DNA of 62,162 nt, filler included, from Catajapyx aquilonaris (GCA_000934665.2; 2 parts of 2 records of this genome joined end to end with filler, not necessarily neighbours in it), one strand, 5' to 3'. Shown: positions 36,036 to 49,693, counted from the first letter of the whole stretch. Notes: generated by a model from the letters alone, not told the origin. Made by a program: numbers and translations.

Positions 36036-37241
36036 TACTAATCTCACAATATAGTGTATGGAGTGTACGAACACTTATCTGGGCGGTGGTTTTCAGTCAA
36101 ATAATTATGAACGTAAAATTTTTGTCCTGTTCCGCGTTAGGCAGGTTCCGTTGGTTGGTTACGTGTAATGAGCAAATAGGCGAAACGGGCTTCTGAAGAG
36201 GGACTCTTCATAGAAATCTTTCTAAAACTCCTGTGTTCCATGCTATCATAGTGGAGCTCAAAGGTCTTTGTAACTTAGCCGAAAACGCTACCCTCTTGGC
36301 GTTAGAGCCTTTTAAAGTTTTACTCACTTCATTGATGGTAAACCCCCGAATGACCCTATTGGTGAGTTTCTAGTGGGCAACCAGGATTTGATGATTTTTT
36401 GATCAGTTCCATTACAAGACAGCTTTTTGATTGTGAATGGTGGTTTGAGACTACTGTTTCGATACCAGCTGACCAGTTTATTATGAAACTTCTGGTTCAC
36501 AAATTAAGCAGAAAATTTCATTCGTTCACAGTTATTTGTGCATACTTTTGGAACACTTAAATAATCTGTTTAGTATTACAGTATTAGTTAAGAGTTAGTG
36601 CCTATTTTAACTTATTGTGATTATAGGGAGTAAAATATGACAGCACACAAACTTGTTAGCTATCGTGCAATGAAGTGTACAAAAACAAGTTATTTTAGAA
36701 CTAGGTAGAGTGGGAAAGTATATCGGCACATCTGAGTAGTGCATGCTACAGTCTGTATTAATATTTTATTTAAAACATCGTGTGTAGATAATCAATATGT
36801 CAGTAGTCAGCCTGCTGAGGTAAACAACTATTTTTGTTCGTAATGTTTTATTTGTGTTGAAGCACACGACAACTCTATGATCACAATAGTTATTAATATG
36901 TATGGAAAAAATTGAGTTATCACGCATACGGTTTAAAAAATATTAAATGGCAGTACTTAATCTTCATTCACATTTCTGCCAATACACTGGATGAAGGATG
37001 ATGGGAAAGGGAGTGGATGTAGCCTACTTCTGCTGGGAACCATCCCAGGATTTGCTTGAAGCTGACCTACCGCAAAAAAGGTTTTGTGGCACCTGGAGAA
37101 TCGACCTAGGGATTTCTAAATGCATGTCTGACCATAATCTTTTGTACCAGATCATCTTAGTACCATGCAGTGCACTTATGGCTACTTCCATTATACAGTA
37201 ATTACTGCAACGTATGACATATTTTAATATTAGTTATTTTC

Positions 37242-37562
37242 GGGGAGGTGAAGTGGCGCAACGGTAACGCTCGCGCCCACGGATATTAAGGTCCCGGGTT
37301 CGATCCCCACCCGGGGTTCCCACCTTTATCCGTGCAGAGTTGGGCCATCTCTGGCTTCATTTCGGGTGGCAATTTCCGACAGACTAAGCCACCCGGGGGA
37401 GCTCACAAAATGACCGTTAGAGACATTGCACTTGCACTTTGCACATCCCCTCCTACCTACCCTGGAGTAATTAATTAAGATATTATATGGCTCCAATTTC
37501 CGATGGTGGTAATCCACCCCCCTAAAGGATATGGTAAATCCCAATGGGGTAATGCAAAAAAA
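37242..37562 (+). mobile_element. tRNA-derived SINE family C
   Basis: 11-bp TSD tagttattttc at 37231-37241 and 37563-37573; A box gtggcgcaacggtaa, B box gggttcgatccc; short A tail. Confidence 0.85.
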
Positions 37563-38664
37563 TAGTTATTTTCTTTATTACTTATCATGAGAATAAGTTG
37601 TCATGCCTCAAAAGAAGCGATGATTTATAAATAACAGCTGTTTCCACATTCTGCAAGAGTGTGTTGGCCAATTCGATACTTGGATTTCCAAAGTGTGGTT
37701 AGCCCCGAGGGGAGATTTAAAATAAAAATGAAACTGTTTATTATCCCTTTGCAGAGTCAAAGCCTGTCCAACACACTGATTAGTTCATTTTCACACAGCT
37801 GAACTCCACTAGTATAGTTTGAAGGCCTATATTATGAGGGTGTCATGCATGAAAACTCTGTGAAAATTACCTTACTACAAAACGTGCCTTTTTAAAGAGG
37901 AAGTGAAATATATTATTAAATGACTGAAAATCCTACAAAGCCCCATAAAAAATTCAAGTACTTAATAATGGGGTTCGCGCATATCCAACGCTAACCCCAC
38001 CAGACTGTATATAATTCTACCACATTGCATTAGCAGAGCTGCGGTTTTGCTGAACGGCATGAATAATTCGTTGCTAATATTCCAACTAACGATTCAACCG
38101 ACCAAACACTATTCTTGGTATCCCTCAGACTGAATTAAGACATTTTTTTTAATTTTGAAAAATTCAGTTGATTATATACTCTAAAAACCTAAATATGCAA
38201 AACAAGTGCTTTTCTAATACGACGCAATCGCTAAGCTAATAACACATGGCATGCAATATATGAAAACGACGGGAAATTTGGTGAGTTTTGCAATTCATCT
38301 TGATCGATAATGACTTTCTCATCTCCTAAGCCATATCATAAGTATTGAAATATTTCGGACATTGGGGAAATAATTTCCTCGTGGATATTTGAGATGGAGG
38401 CCTGTGGACAACTACACGAGCGTTCTGAATTACATGTACTGTCGTATAGACGTCCCCCGTTCACAGCATGTGCTCGATCACATTTCAACTGCCAGGCATC
38501 AACCACTGGTCACAGGCAATTAAAATAGCAGGAATTCCTCGTGTTTTTTTTCCTGATTTTGCAATTACACAAGACATGATCTCACTGACGGAACCATGAA
38601 TGGAATATGGACATCACAATAATGCAGCATGTGAACCATATCAAGACAGACCAATTTGGAATGC

Positions 38665-38721
<57 letters not shown>
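38665..38721. repeat. (AAT)n microsatellite
   Basis: Direct inspection. Confidence 0.95.
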
Positions 38722-40388
38722 TTTAACTCAGCAGTTCATATTTTGAAGTGAGGACACCACATACAATGACATAGAACACAATGCTAGTGAAATCTGTGAA
38801 TTGTTCAAAAAGGAGCCAATCCAATTAGGTTAAAAGGGTGGTGTCGACCAAACAGTCTCTCCTTTACTGTTTTTTTCACTTGGTTTTGTGGTGCCAACAA
38901 CCAATTTGGGAGCAGATTTGAGTCACGCCCTTTTGTATGACTGATATGGGCGGAGTCCTGCGCTTCACGGTAAGGTACATGTATTGCCGTGCATTTTCGT
39001 CAGATTTGACGGACATAAAAACAAATTAAAGTAGTGACTTGTCATGTACTTCCATGTCGTAGTCTGCCGCATAATGGCGTGATTCAAAGAGTTATGGCCC
39101 TTCTTTGGGTATGTGATAAGGCTTACGTTCTATTTAAAGGCACCCATAAAAGGATGGGAATTTTTAGATGGAGGAGTGGTCCAAATATTTAAAGCGTCTC
39201 GGATCAAATTATACTCGATCATTAGGGAGGCCGATATTTTCAGTAACTATTCTCTCCAGATGATTATATTGCTCTTAATTGATTCTGCCCCATCGTTTGG
39301 TTCCCTTAATGGGGCTGATCTCTTCATTCGCCAATTATCTCAAATTCTCAAATTAACCCAAAATGTTACCGTAATGGAAATGAAGTAAAGCTGCTTTCTC
39401 GTAAAAGGGCATATTCCTAAAAAATGACTAATCAGTGATAAAATAATGTACGTTTAAAAACTTCAAATAAAGTTCTCCGTCAGAACATGTACACTATGAA
39501 AGTAATAAAACAACCATGTTTGAACTGATGAGTGACCTCTTTTGACCATATATTGGTACTCTCAGCAAGGACATGAAGGATTTACTAGGTAGGCCTAGGC
39601 CTACAGTAATTTCACACAATTATGTGCTCCATGTCACATAAACACTACTGCATCCTCGTATATATCCTGTCATTTTTTGGTCTCTAGATGGCACTGTATG
39701 TTCCCACAATAGTGCACATCGTTACCCCTATACGAGGAGTCAGCGAGTAGTAAAGCTGACAAGTTCATGTTGAGTGACCCAAGAGGCCAGTGGGGCACGT
39801 TCCAAAGAGGCTATTCAGCATTACAAACAATGCGCAACTCTGTTGAGGGCTGTTTCTCATCATAGGAACGGTGCATTAGTTACAAGTGCAGTATTATATT
39901 TGTATACAGTGTACAATTTTCACAATTGATTACAGACAGACCTACAGTACCTGGAAAACGCGAATCTTGATCAAATTTTTTTTCATTCAGCACTATGCAT
40001 TTGAATGACTGAGTGCATGAAGAGGTTCTGAAAATTCATAAAATTATTTGTCGTGATATTAGGTTTTTGATTATTTAAAAACCGGTTTAAAATTTATTTC
40101 TCACTTTCATTATTCTGAATTTGTGTGACACAGTGTGAACAGACTTAATTCGAACCTTTTCAGTGCATTTGTAATGGACTGTACACATATTCGTGCCCTA
40201 AAGTTCTTCGTGCAGTTACTGCGCTTATTAAGTTGCAAAAAATCAGCGAAAACACCAAATTATTTATAATCTGCATTGGTATATTTGTATAGAGACTTTA
40301 TGATTGCACATTTATCGATTCCCACTGTGGAGTGTCGTGGCATTAATAATAGTACCTTCTGTTACTACTGTAATAACAATACTGTCTG

Positions 40389-40427
40389 CCTAATCATTCA
40401 TTGATTTCTTTCTATTTGCAGGTAAGT
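40389..40427 (+). promoter_or_regulatory. Candidate recursive splice site (ratchet point): branch point, pyrimidine tract, CAG|GTAAGT
   Basis: cctaatc (branch-like) then attcattgatttctttctatttgcag followed directly by gtaagt; AG at 40420-40421, perfect donor at 40422-40427. Confidence 0.6.
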
Positions 40428-41039
40428 GCCCCACTTAATTACGACGCCATACAAGGTCTGCAATTGCCCCATTGAAAAGCTCGATAACCTGCACATCGTA
40501 AGTGGAGAATAAAGCTGGGTTCACACTGGCAACCTTTGTATTAGGGTCGTTGTGGTTGTTACGCGCCAACATATCTGATTGGTAGAACCCAACCACAACC
40601 CAAACAAGACGCCCGTGTGAAACCCTCTTTGCACTTTTTCTTCTAGTAAGTTTACCCTATTTCTTGATATACCGGTACCTCGGTGACGCGTGCAAATCAG
40701 GTCCACGAGGATCCCAAAAACGAGCCCCACTTCTCTTACCAGTTTTTTTTCTTTTACGACCCGCGCGTGACAGTTGTCGTTTTGGGGGCTCTTAACATCA
40801 GCCAATTGTAATTAGAGCGCTAATGAATCCTTGTGAGACTCTCGATTGAGCAGCAGGAGGGAATTTGCCGCGTTTTCGCCTACCCCCACCCACCTTCCTT
40901 TTACCCACCATTAAGCCGCTATCTTCATCCGCAATAGCAGCCTGCGCATTTTGTCCATCTTTCTGTAGCCCCCCATTTCAGGATTCGTGCGAAGGTACCC
41001 TGTAACTACTACTCGTTTCCAACTCCCCCTCACCCCCTT

Positions 41040-41120
41040 TTGTACCCCCTGCACCCCCTTTGCACCCCTTTGCACCCCTTTGCACCCCCTGCACCCCCTG
41101 CACCCCCTGCACCCCCTGCT
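41040..41120. repeat. 9-10-bp tandem minisatellite (tgcacccc[c/tt])
   Basis: Direct inspection; explains the spurious GCR/VQG-repeat ORFs. Confidence 0.9.
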
Positions 41121-42520
41121 CCCCTTCAACCCCTTCCACCACCCCGCATAGCAGCTCTCGACAATGGGACGCTAATCGCACTTGAAGATGCGCACTTGAC
41201 TCTTAATTAGAGGAGCATGAGAGGCGACTTGACCTCTGGATGGGATTCTTGCAGACTAGATTGGTGTGGGTGGGGTGTTGCAAGTGAGTCTGAACTTCTT
41301 TGGGATTGGGGAGGGGGGAATGGCTACAATTCAATAATATCGCAGGATGGGTGGAAGAAAAAGGGGATTCAGTTTGAGCAAAAGGGATGGCACAAATGAA
41401 GGGCTGCTGGAAAACAGGGTTTCGCGGAATACTTTTTTCTTCTTTGCTTGAGGGAATTTTCAGTTCGGAGATTGTCATTTCCTAATATAAAGCGTATGCA
41501 GGCGAGACGTTTTTTGATTTGTTTTTTGATTTGTAATTGCGCATTATTTGGCGCGAGTCGTAGCCTATATATTAGCAGGGGGGGGGGGTTATTACGAAAA
41601 TCGGTTTTGCTCAAAGTGGGAGTAGATCATGCAGCAAAAGTCATTTCACAGGATTCTAATATTTTGCGAGCCGATTTGAAGAAAGTGGAACTGATTAAGG
41701 CTCGAGCTCAGGTCCCTGTTCATTGCAGATGGACTTTCATCCCCGGGAAAAGTGACTTTATCGGCTTCATTTTAATGGCATCCTGCCGGGCAAACGTACT
41801 TCATTCTACATAATTATCAGAAGCACGGAATGAAACTTCTGCAAAAAAATTGTAGTATTTATTTAACAAATGTATTTAAAAAAATCGCATAGTGCAGGTA
41901 CTGTACTTGACTAGATTGGCAAATCCGGATAAGAGAGAGAAAAAAAATAGTGAAGACAAGAGGCAAGAGAAAGTGGTTTTGAAATCCAGAGAGTACTGCA
42001 GTGCACAGGTTCACGATAGTTCTCAGTAGCATTGGAACGTGGCCAGGCGAAAGAAAATGACGGCCGGGACCAGTCGCTGGAAATAAAAAGGTCCTTGTTC
42101 AATCAAAGAGGATTTCCAGACTCGATTTCCACCGTCAACTGTTGCAGCTTCATGGCTGTTTTATACAAGAGAGGCTACCTGCTGTTGTGACTCTTTGATG
42201 GCCTGCGAGCAACCCAAGCACACTTTAGACCATCCGGCCACAAAATTCGCGTGATTGTATATACATTTGACAAATATTAATTTCTATAGTAATAAATGCT
42301 CGTCGTAACGAGCATAATTGACACATTTATGTTTTTGTGGGGATGTTTCGCAGTGTCTGATGGGATTCACTGAGCAATCCCTGTCTGACACAACCCACAC
42401 AAACCCCGGGCTTATGCTGCCACCAGGACTACTGCCGCTCTCCCATGACGCAGGGGCAGACAGATATTCTCGATAGATTCTCGACAGATATGATGACAGA
42501 CTTTTCTGTCTCAGCAGTAA

Positions 42521-42692
42521 TAGCTGACTCAAGGGGGTACTCAGTTCGGTACTCCTTATGTACTCCTTGGTACTCCCAGGTACTCCCAGGTACTCCCAGG
42601 TACTCCCAGGTACTCCTTGGTAGGCCTACTCCTTGAATTTGGTACTCAGGTGTACACTTTACAGTCGAGTGAGTACCCCCTCGAGCTAACTA
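42521..42692. mobile_element. MITE with ~23-bp TIRs and internal 10-bp tandem repeats (ggtactccca)
   Basis: tagctgactcaagggggtactca versus reverse complement of tgagtaccccctcgagctaacta. Confidence 0.65.
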
Positions 42693-42696
42693 GTAC

Positions 42697-42907
42697 CAGT
42701 CGGTTAAAGGAGTGTTACCAGACCCCTAACCTAGAAATTAGCCTCCAACAGAGGTGCTGCCTAGGGGAGTGAGATTTATTGTATCAGGGGGAAGAACAGA
42801 GGTGCTGCTTCCCCCTGATACAATAAATCTCACTCCCCTAGGCAGCACCTCTGTTGGAGGCTAATTTCTTGGTTAGGGGTCTGGTAACATACTCCTTTAG
42901 CCGACTG
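42697..42907. mobile_element. 211-bp near-perfect hairpin MITE with CAGT...ACTG ends (Tc1/mariner-like)
   Basis: ~98-bp arms from cagtcggttaaaggagt to actcctttagccgactg, followed by TA. Confidence 0.85.
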
Positions 42908-43684
42908 TACAGTAGTTCCTGTAGATGATAAGTTGGATAGTGAAAATTTATACTTATTTGGTAGTTTACATTCTATAAAATGAAGTGTTTGACCCATGTC
43001 TATAATTATTACATTTTAATTGTGCGTTATTTACATAACTTTATCTAACACTAGACACGATTCTCAATCGTATATGAAATTCTTCATGCCAAAGTACCTT
43101 CGTTTGTGATGATACACTGAAACACCTTTTTAGATCATTCTTTGGTGGGTAATGAGCGGAGTGTGTCTGACGCTGTTAGATTAGGTTGCAGCATCTGGAT
43201 TGCTTCGTTTAGTTGCAAGATCGTGCAGTGAGAGAGAACTTGGCGCCATTCCTCTCCTACCTTTTCTGCCTTAATGCAGAGAATAGAAAGGGATGAGGTA
43301 GAGAGGAAGGGGGCGGGAGGTTACAGTAAGTAGCAGGATCAACCGAGTGGCACGTCCGTTACTTCCTTCGTCCGTCCGTCCGTCTGTCCCGCCCAACTTC
43401 TTTTTACTCCTCAGTGTTCCTTTTTTTGTGTAGTCAAACCCTCTCTACCTTCCTTTGCTCTCGGAGTTGCTACAGCTGTCGGTTCCAAGAGATGAAAATT
43501 TCTTTTCACTTGGGGTTCAAGCCTTCTTGTGTTACCGGTCTACGAATATTCAAGAGTTTTGTGGCAGTAGCTAATACGAACTGGAACATTACAGGGAGGG
43601 AGTTAAATGAATTTTTTAAATGCAGATTTAGGCCATTTACGGACCAACTGTTTGATTTAAAGGTCAACCACATGTGACTGATGT

Positions 43685-44380
43685 GAGGGGTCTCAGATCA
43701 AAGGCGGCTAAGTCCATTTGTGGGGGGTGTAACACAAATACGTCCAGCAATAATGTATTTTAATGTCATTGGGTATTAATTGCACATTTGTGTATGTAGC
43801 TGAGCCGTGGAAACATATGGACGCAAACAGTTTCAAGATTGTACCAGTGAAAGTTAAAGGGACACTCCACTCAAAATACAAGTTGGGCTCTAAAAATCGG
43901 GCAAAAAATCCTGATTCCGAAGGTGCAATCGGTTTTTTTCTATGCGGAACGGAAAATCCAGAACGAGCAGAATTTGCGTCGTCTGCTAGTGAGGTGCCCC
44001 TCCAGTTCACTCCGCCACCGCCGCGAGAGCCGCCACCGGGTACAAGGCGAAAATGGTGTAGGGTCGTGGGTCGGGATGAAGCTGTGGCAGAGACCAAAGA
44101 TGGCGTCGATCAGAGATGGCGCGACCTTAAGCCCATTTCTGCCAAGTCCCGGGGGAGGCGCTGCTGTTGTGCGGCAGATACGAATTGCCGAATTTTGACG
44201 GCTCGCCCTGGCCTTACTGTTCGTCTCTCAGAAAAACTGCTTATACCCTTGGAATCAGGATTTTTTGCCCAATATTTAGAGCCCAACTTGCATTTTGAGT
44301 GGAGTGTCCCTTCAGCAGTTTTTGCTCATTTTACGACCTGTTTCTTTTTGGACTTAGCCGCCTTTGATCTGAGACCCCTC
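43685..44380. mobile_element. Sola-like MITE (GAG...CTC ends, 4-bp TSD) carrying a nested insertion
   Basis: 32-bp TIR gaggggtctcagatcaaaggcggctaagtcca; TSD atgt at 43681-43684 and 44381-44384; uninterrupted copy at 52042-52283. Confidence 0.85.
43858..44311. mobile_element. Kolobok-like MITE nested in the Sola-like MITE
   Basis: ttaa then agggacactccactcaaaat..., with ~65-bp TIRs ending ...attttgagtggagtgtccct; absent from the 52042 copy; right-hand TTAA is missing. Confidence 0.75.
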
Positions 44381-47300
44381 ATGTGTATGGATTCTATTTG
44401 AAATGTAACCTACATGCATGTGGAGTAATAAGCAAAATAGTTAAAATCTGATGGGTACCAGGGGAGATGCACAGGTTCATTTTTGCATCTCTCGTGCTCA
44501 GTAGAGCTAGTCCCTAAATGAATTACGGTACTCATAAATTGACTTTTCTGGAGCTTCAGGCAATTCTGCGATGCGAAAGATCGGCAATTTTTCACTTAGA
44601 GGCTAAGTGGAAGCCACCTTACGAGGAAGCAGTTGGGGGAAATGCATATTCTGGTAACCAAAGTGGGGGAAACTAGGTACAGAGTATAAATATGATTGCT
44701 GGCGGCTGTTATTACCATATCATCATGAATAGATTTTGCTGTTTACTTAAGTTTGTTGAGTAATGCTCAGTCTCTTAAATAGAAAACATACGTCAATAGC
44801 TGCTATAAAGAATGTTCCTGAACCTATCTTGAAGATCCACTCGATTATGTTTACTTTTCATCCTCTCTATAAAGCAGTTTGTTAGGGCAAGGCATAATTA
44901 ATTATCTAAAACCTTTATAGCTTCAGAAAAATCCACAATATCGGCGAAGATTAAAAAATTCTTAAGGCTTTACAGAGACAGTTCCAAAAGGTGACTGGCA
45001 TTTAAATTGTTTATGAAAGCAGGAGCTTAGAGAGACACTTAGAGTGTCTACTGGGCGGATAATGCCAATGGGGAATATTCATAAACGTCTAAAAGTGGAG
45101 ATGGTGCATTGTCGATAGAAGCACAGTTTTAGTGCTTGTAAATAATACATGCGACTTTTTGTACTACAGATTAAAAGTTTGCGACAATATTAGGAAAGAA
45201 TGCATTGAATAATTAATCATCCGTAAATTGTGCGTTCCTTAGTGTAAAAACTATAGTCACGAATTTATTGAATTGTTATTAAGGTTAAGCAATGCTACAA
45301 ACAATTCTTAAGAAATCTTAGCGAGAACTCGCATAATTGTACTTGTAGTAGAAGAATAAAATTTTGGGAAATATACCTGCATGGGATGATATTTCTTCCT
45401 TACTTGGAATGTACTGATTCGTACTTTTATATAACAAATACCACTGCAGCATTTTGATGCCAATCCTTTTCCTCCATCTCATCGATTACGTTTTCTAAAT
45501 GTCACTTTCAATTCTAATAAACGTTCCTTCCCAGTCCCTTTCCACCAAGGAAATCTGGCCTTCCTCTTAAACCACAACAATGTTTACCCTCAAATATGTA
45601 TAATGTTTTTATATAATTTTTAAAGGATTGCACTCAATGCAAGCAAATATGCTCCACCCTTCCTTAACCCTCTAAATCCTCTGACCTGCCTCTGCAATTC
45701 CCATATGAAAATCAAGTAAATCGAGTATAGGTATTTTGGCCAAACCCTTATGATATAGTGATGAGCCAATCGAACGAAGCTATTTGAGCTGCAAATACGA
45801 AAGAGGAGTTGCATTGGCACTAGTCGAATCTTCTTCTACCAGCTAAATCGGGGTGTAGAAAATTCCAAAGGGCAATCACTCAGGGAATCCTATGTGTACT
45901 GTATATTGCGATTGGGGATCCCCAGAGTTGGGGGGGGGGGGGGGAATTTATATCTGGGATCTTCGTATATAGCTGGAGGAAAATCCCGGCGTACTCTTTC
46001 TTGTCGAATGATTTTCCCCTCGAGAAAATTCTGGCTCGCAGGTTCTCAATCGGCCAGCCTCAGCTTGCATGTGTGCAACCAAATCCGCTTAGTCACTTTT
46101 ACGTGCCTGAAACGAGGAAGAAACATCATCATTTTTCGATTCTTTCTAACGTTTCTTTTTCTTCATAGAAGATAGCGAATTGATAGCTAACTTTCTGACA
46201 ACGAAAGAATTGTATCGTCTCATTGTGACGTCCCTCATTGGATGTCAGGAGGGCGCCTGGGTGTGGGCATCTACGACTTTTTGCTGCCGGTCAACTGGCT
46301 GCCGGACAATTGGCTGGTGACATTTGGTGGGCCAATTTAACTAATAGACGGCAGCCAGTTGTTGGGATACCGGACTTTGGCCTTCTAGTGGGAGCGGTAC
46401 GCAAAAAAAAAACCCGCATTTGATGATAGAAGCAAGCCACTTTGCACACTTGTTCCTAACACCATAAGGTTCAATTTGACCCGCAGTACCCTCAAAATTT
46501 CCCCGTAGGATTCAAAATGGCGACCATCTTTTCGAAATGGCCGACAATATCGAAAATTGTTACTTTTTGGGGTACTCATGAATGCGGGGTGTCGATTCCG
46601 CATGATTTAAGGTCGCTAAACTCGAATTTGGCCATACCAATGCGCCATCTTGAATTATTTCGGCCCCAGAGGCGCCATTTTCCAAAATGGCGGCTTTTAT
46701 TGTATACACCACAAGAGGGCCGGTCTAATGTATAATATTGGACCACGACCCCGATTTACGTGGTCTGGAGGGATGACCTGAGGTCACCTCTCATTAGCCT
46801 AAGGTAGTCAACTGACTAGGCTATTTTTCAGTGATGTTGGGAGGCATGGCGTGTATTTTACAAAACAGCCTATAGCTATGGAAAACGCGTAATTAATATG
46901 GCGTTTTGCCTTTCGAATTGAGCGAGTGTCAATGTCGTGTTTCGTGTGCAGACTGGCATGGCTTCCACATGATGCGGATCTCATTTTTTTGGAGACCTTG
47001 AATGGCAAGTTAAATTCCCTGTTGGGAGTTTGAACAAAAAAAAAATCATTGAAATCCTAACAGAATGGAGGGTATTTCCTTGCGTGCCGTGTGCTCGTAA
47101 TACACTGATGATAATGCTCCCGAACGTATACTGCACCAGTACTTTCCATCCGACTACATACAATGTTGCTTTTTACGGCTCATAACAATGCTTATGCTGA
47201 CCATAAAAGAAGTCTGTAAACTAATGTTCTAGCTATAGAAAGCACCGTCCGTTCTTCAGTAGCCTACTACTGGTGTTTTTGTCATATACAGTGTGGGCCA

Positions 47301-48222
47301 AGGGCAGAGTGATGAGAGTCATTATTCAAATCGATTTCTACTGTTACTGTAAGAGTTATGGACACTTACGCATGTAAAAAAAAAAGTTTAAATTAATTGA
47401 ATTTTGTAGCTGAAGTATATGTGACTTGGTAAAAGTAAGCATCTAAAATTGTTCTAATTAATGTTAAGTGTTCTACGCAGGCTTAAGTTGTATGAGTGGC
47501 TTCTGTCGTGATCTCGCAAGCCATAGTGCTGCAGGGTATTTAGTTACAGAGTAATTGTCGCCAGCTTCACAATAACCTCAGGCACCTGATGCAGTTATGT
47601 TATCCGGATAATTCGTCGAGTTGACTACACAACACGCAAAAGTTGTTTTGTAACATGTACAGTAGCCTACCAGTTATGTAACCTGCCGCATTACCTGAGA
47701 AATACTGAAAGACAATAACTGCTCCATCTTTTCAATGCAGTATTCATCCGGACTTTGATCACAAATATTTTGGACTCTCTTGCACGTTTTGTCGCCAGAG
47801 AAGTACATAAAAATATAATTTCAAATTTTGAAATAATTATGGCCATCGCTGAAATACCTGATCATTATGTGTGAAAAGGTGCGGAGTCAGTACTAGTATA
47901 ATAATGTCCATAAAAATAATATGCTGTATAATTAATTTGGCCACTGTTTCACAGCCACGATTCGGTCACCACGGTCATGTATGTGTTGAGTTGTAATGAA
48001 GCTAAGTTTTGTGTAAATGAAGCTGCAATGCAGAACTGCAAAGCCATGAAAATCGAAATGACGAGATTAATTAGCGTCTAGTCGTATCCGGTAAACCGCG
48101 CAAATTTATTGGTGTGCCCTTTGTTGAGGTTTCTCTGGTATTCGCTCACTTTCAAAAGTCACTGCCAAAATGACGACAATATTTACGCAACAATTGCCGA
48201 TACACTCAACCGTCCCTACCCA

Positions 48223-48223
<1 letters not shown>

Positions 48224-48308
<85 letters not shown>
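48224..48308. repeat. (ATT)n microsatellite
   Basis: Direct inspection. Confidence 0.95.
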
Positions 48309-49627
48309 GAGTGTTGTAAGCGGCAGCTATGCACTGATGCAAAGGGACACTGCGGCATACAAGTCCTATTAAGCGGCAGCCGTTCCAGAGTCATTTTAAC
48401 CTCCATATTGGTCCATGCAGTAGCTACCCATGTGGGAGCCTCCGTTGTCAAATGCGTCAACCTCACTTTTCATTACTCATGAGGGAATACGTCCAAAACC
48501 GCGAGCCCTTTTAAACTGTCAGGTTAGCAGGTGCGTTCTACTTAAGCAGCTTTCCCCCCCCCCCCCCCNCCCCACATTTTTATTACATGCATCCATGCAA
48601 GTTGCTTATAGAGTATACCACACAGGAAAGTAACGGTTCCCATGTGTACAGGAGAGCGAAATCTTAAAATCCGCGCAGGGATCAATTGCATAGCACAATA
48701 GAACAAGGGCCTAACTCCAATAAGAACTCTATTGTTGATAGTTGTAATATTAGGGATATTATTCTCTAGTTGAAGCAATAATAGAGGTGGCGATCAATAA
48801 TTTAGATATCTTATTGAACCCGTAGTAATGCAGTGTTAGATAGGATCTAGGGGGAGGGGTCGAGAGAGACATTATCAGTGTCATTTATTTAACAACCTCG
48901 ATTAGTCTGACTGGGACCAGGGGGGGATCAGCGCGAGAAACAGCGCATCGAAAAGTCCATAAAGTGGCAAAATGGCTGGGTTTAAGTCCCTTTTAAGGCT
49001 TGTTGTTTTCTCAATTAGGTAGCGGATAACAATTTTGCCTATTCCGATGACACTATTTTAGAGGGCACAAGGTTCGGGGCGGTAAGTCATAAAAAGTAGC
49101 TAAACGCAGTCATTAAAATGGTTCCTAAAGTGACTATATAGTGACTATAGAGGCAGTTTGATCCTAAATACGTGCCACACTGTTAAAAATACAATCAATA
49201 TGACATTTACTTACACTGCACTCTACCAGTGCACATAAGTCGCTCTTATATAGTGTTCATATCATACGATCATACAGTTGCAACTCGACTTCAGCCTGCA
49301 GGCATTGTTAAAGCTTATAACATATGCGTGAAGCGTAATGTATGCAGATGTGCCCGTAATATACGTATAAACAGAATAACACACCCTATAAGGAGACAAA
49401 AAAGTATATAACTGAATAAGTATAAGGGAAACTGGTGCATGTTTTGAGTACAGATGCAGTAATTTATGTAGGCTACTGTACACTGCTCAGACTGCTGTAC
49501 ATAAGTTGGTGATATAACTGCTTGTTGAATATTCCAGCGAACTAGAAAGATGGAAAGGTTTGGTGCAAATAATTTAACATGTTCCATTTATGTTTACAAA
49601 ATATTTTCTCATTATCTCCTTATTAAC

Positions 49628-49631
<4 letters not shown>

Positions 49632-49693
<62 letters not shown>

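Noticed and set aside
34283..37320. Three tRNA-like sequences (34283, 35708, 37242) as tRNA genes
   Set aside because: Each continues into a SINE body and tail and is bounded by a TSD.
42540..42625. CRISPR-like array
   Set aside because: Contiguous 10-bp tandem units with no spacers, inside a MITE, in eukaryotic DNA; the same applies to 34208-34260.
43763..44401. 212-aa ORF
   Set aside because: Lies almost entirely in nested MITEs and reads through inverted repeats; no domain recognised.
48106..48466. Poly-Ile/Tyr/Asn ORFs (also 171-374, 49574-49876, 55140-55358, 57436-57771)
   Set aside because: Translation artefacts of microsatellites and SINE tails.
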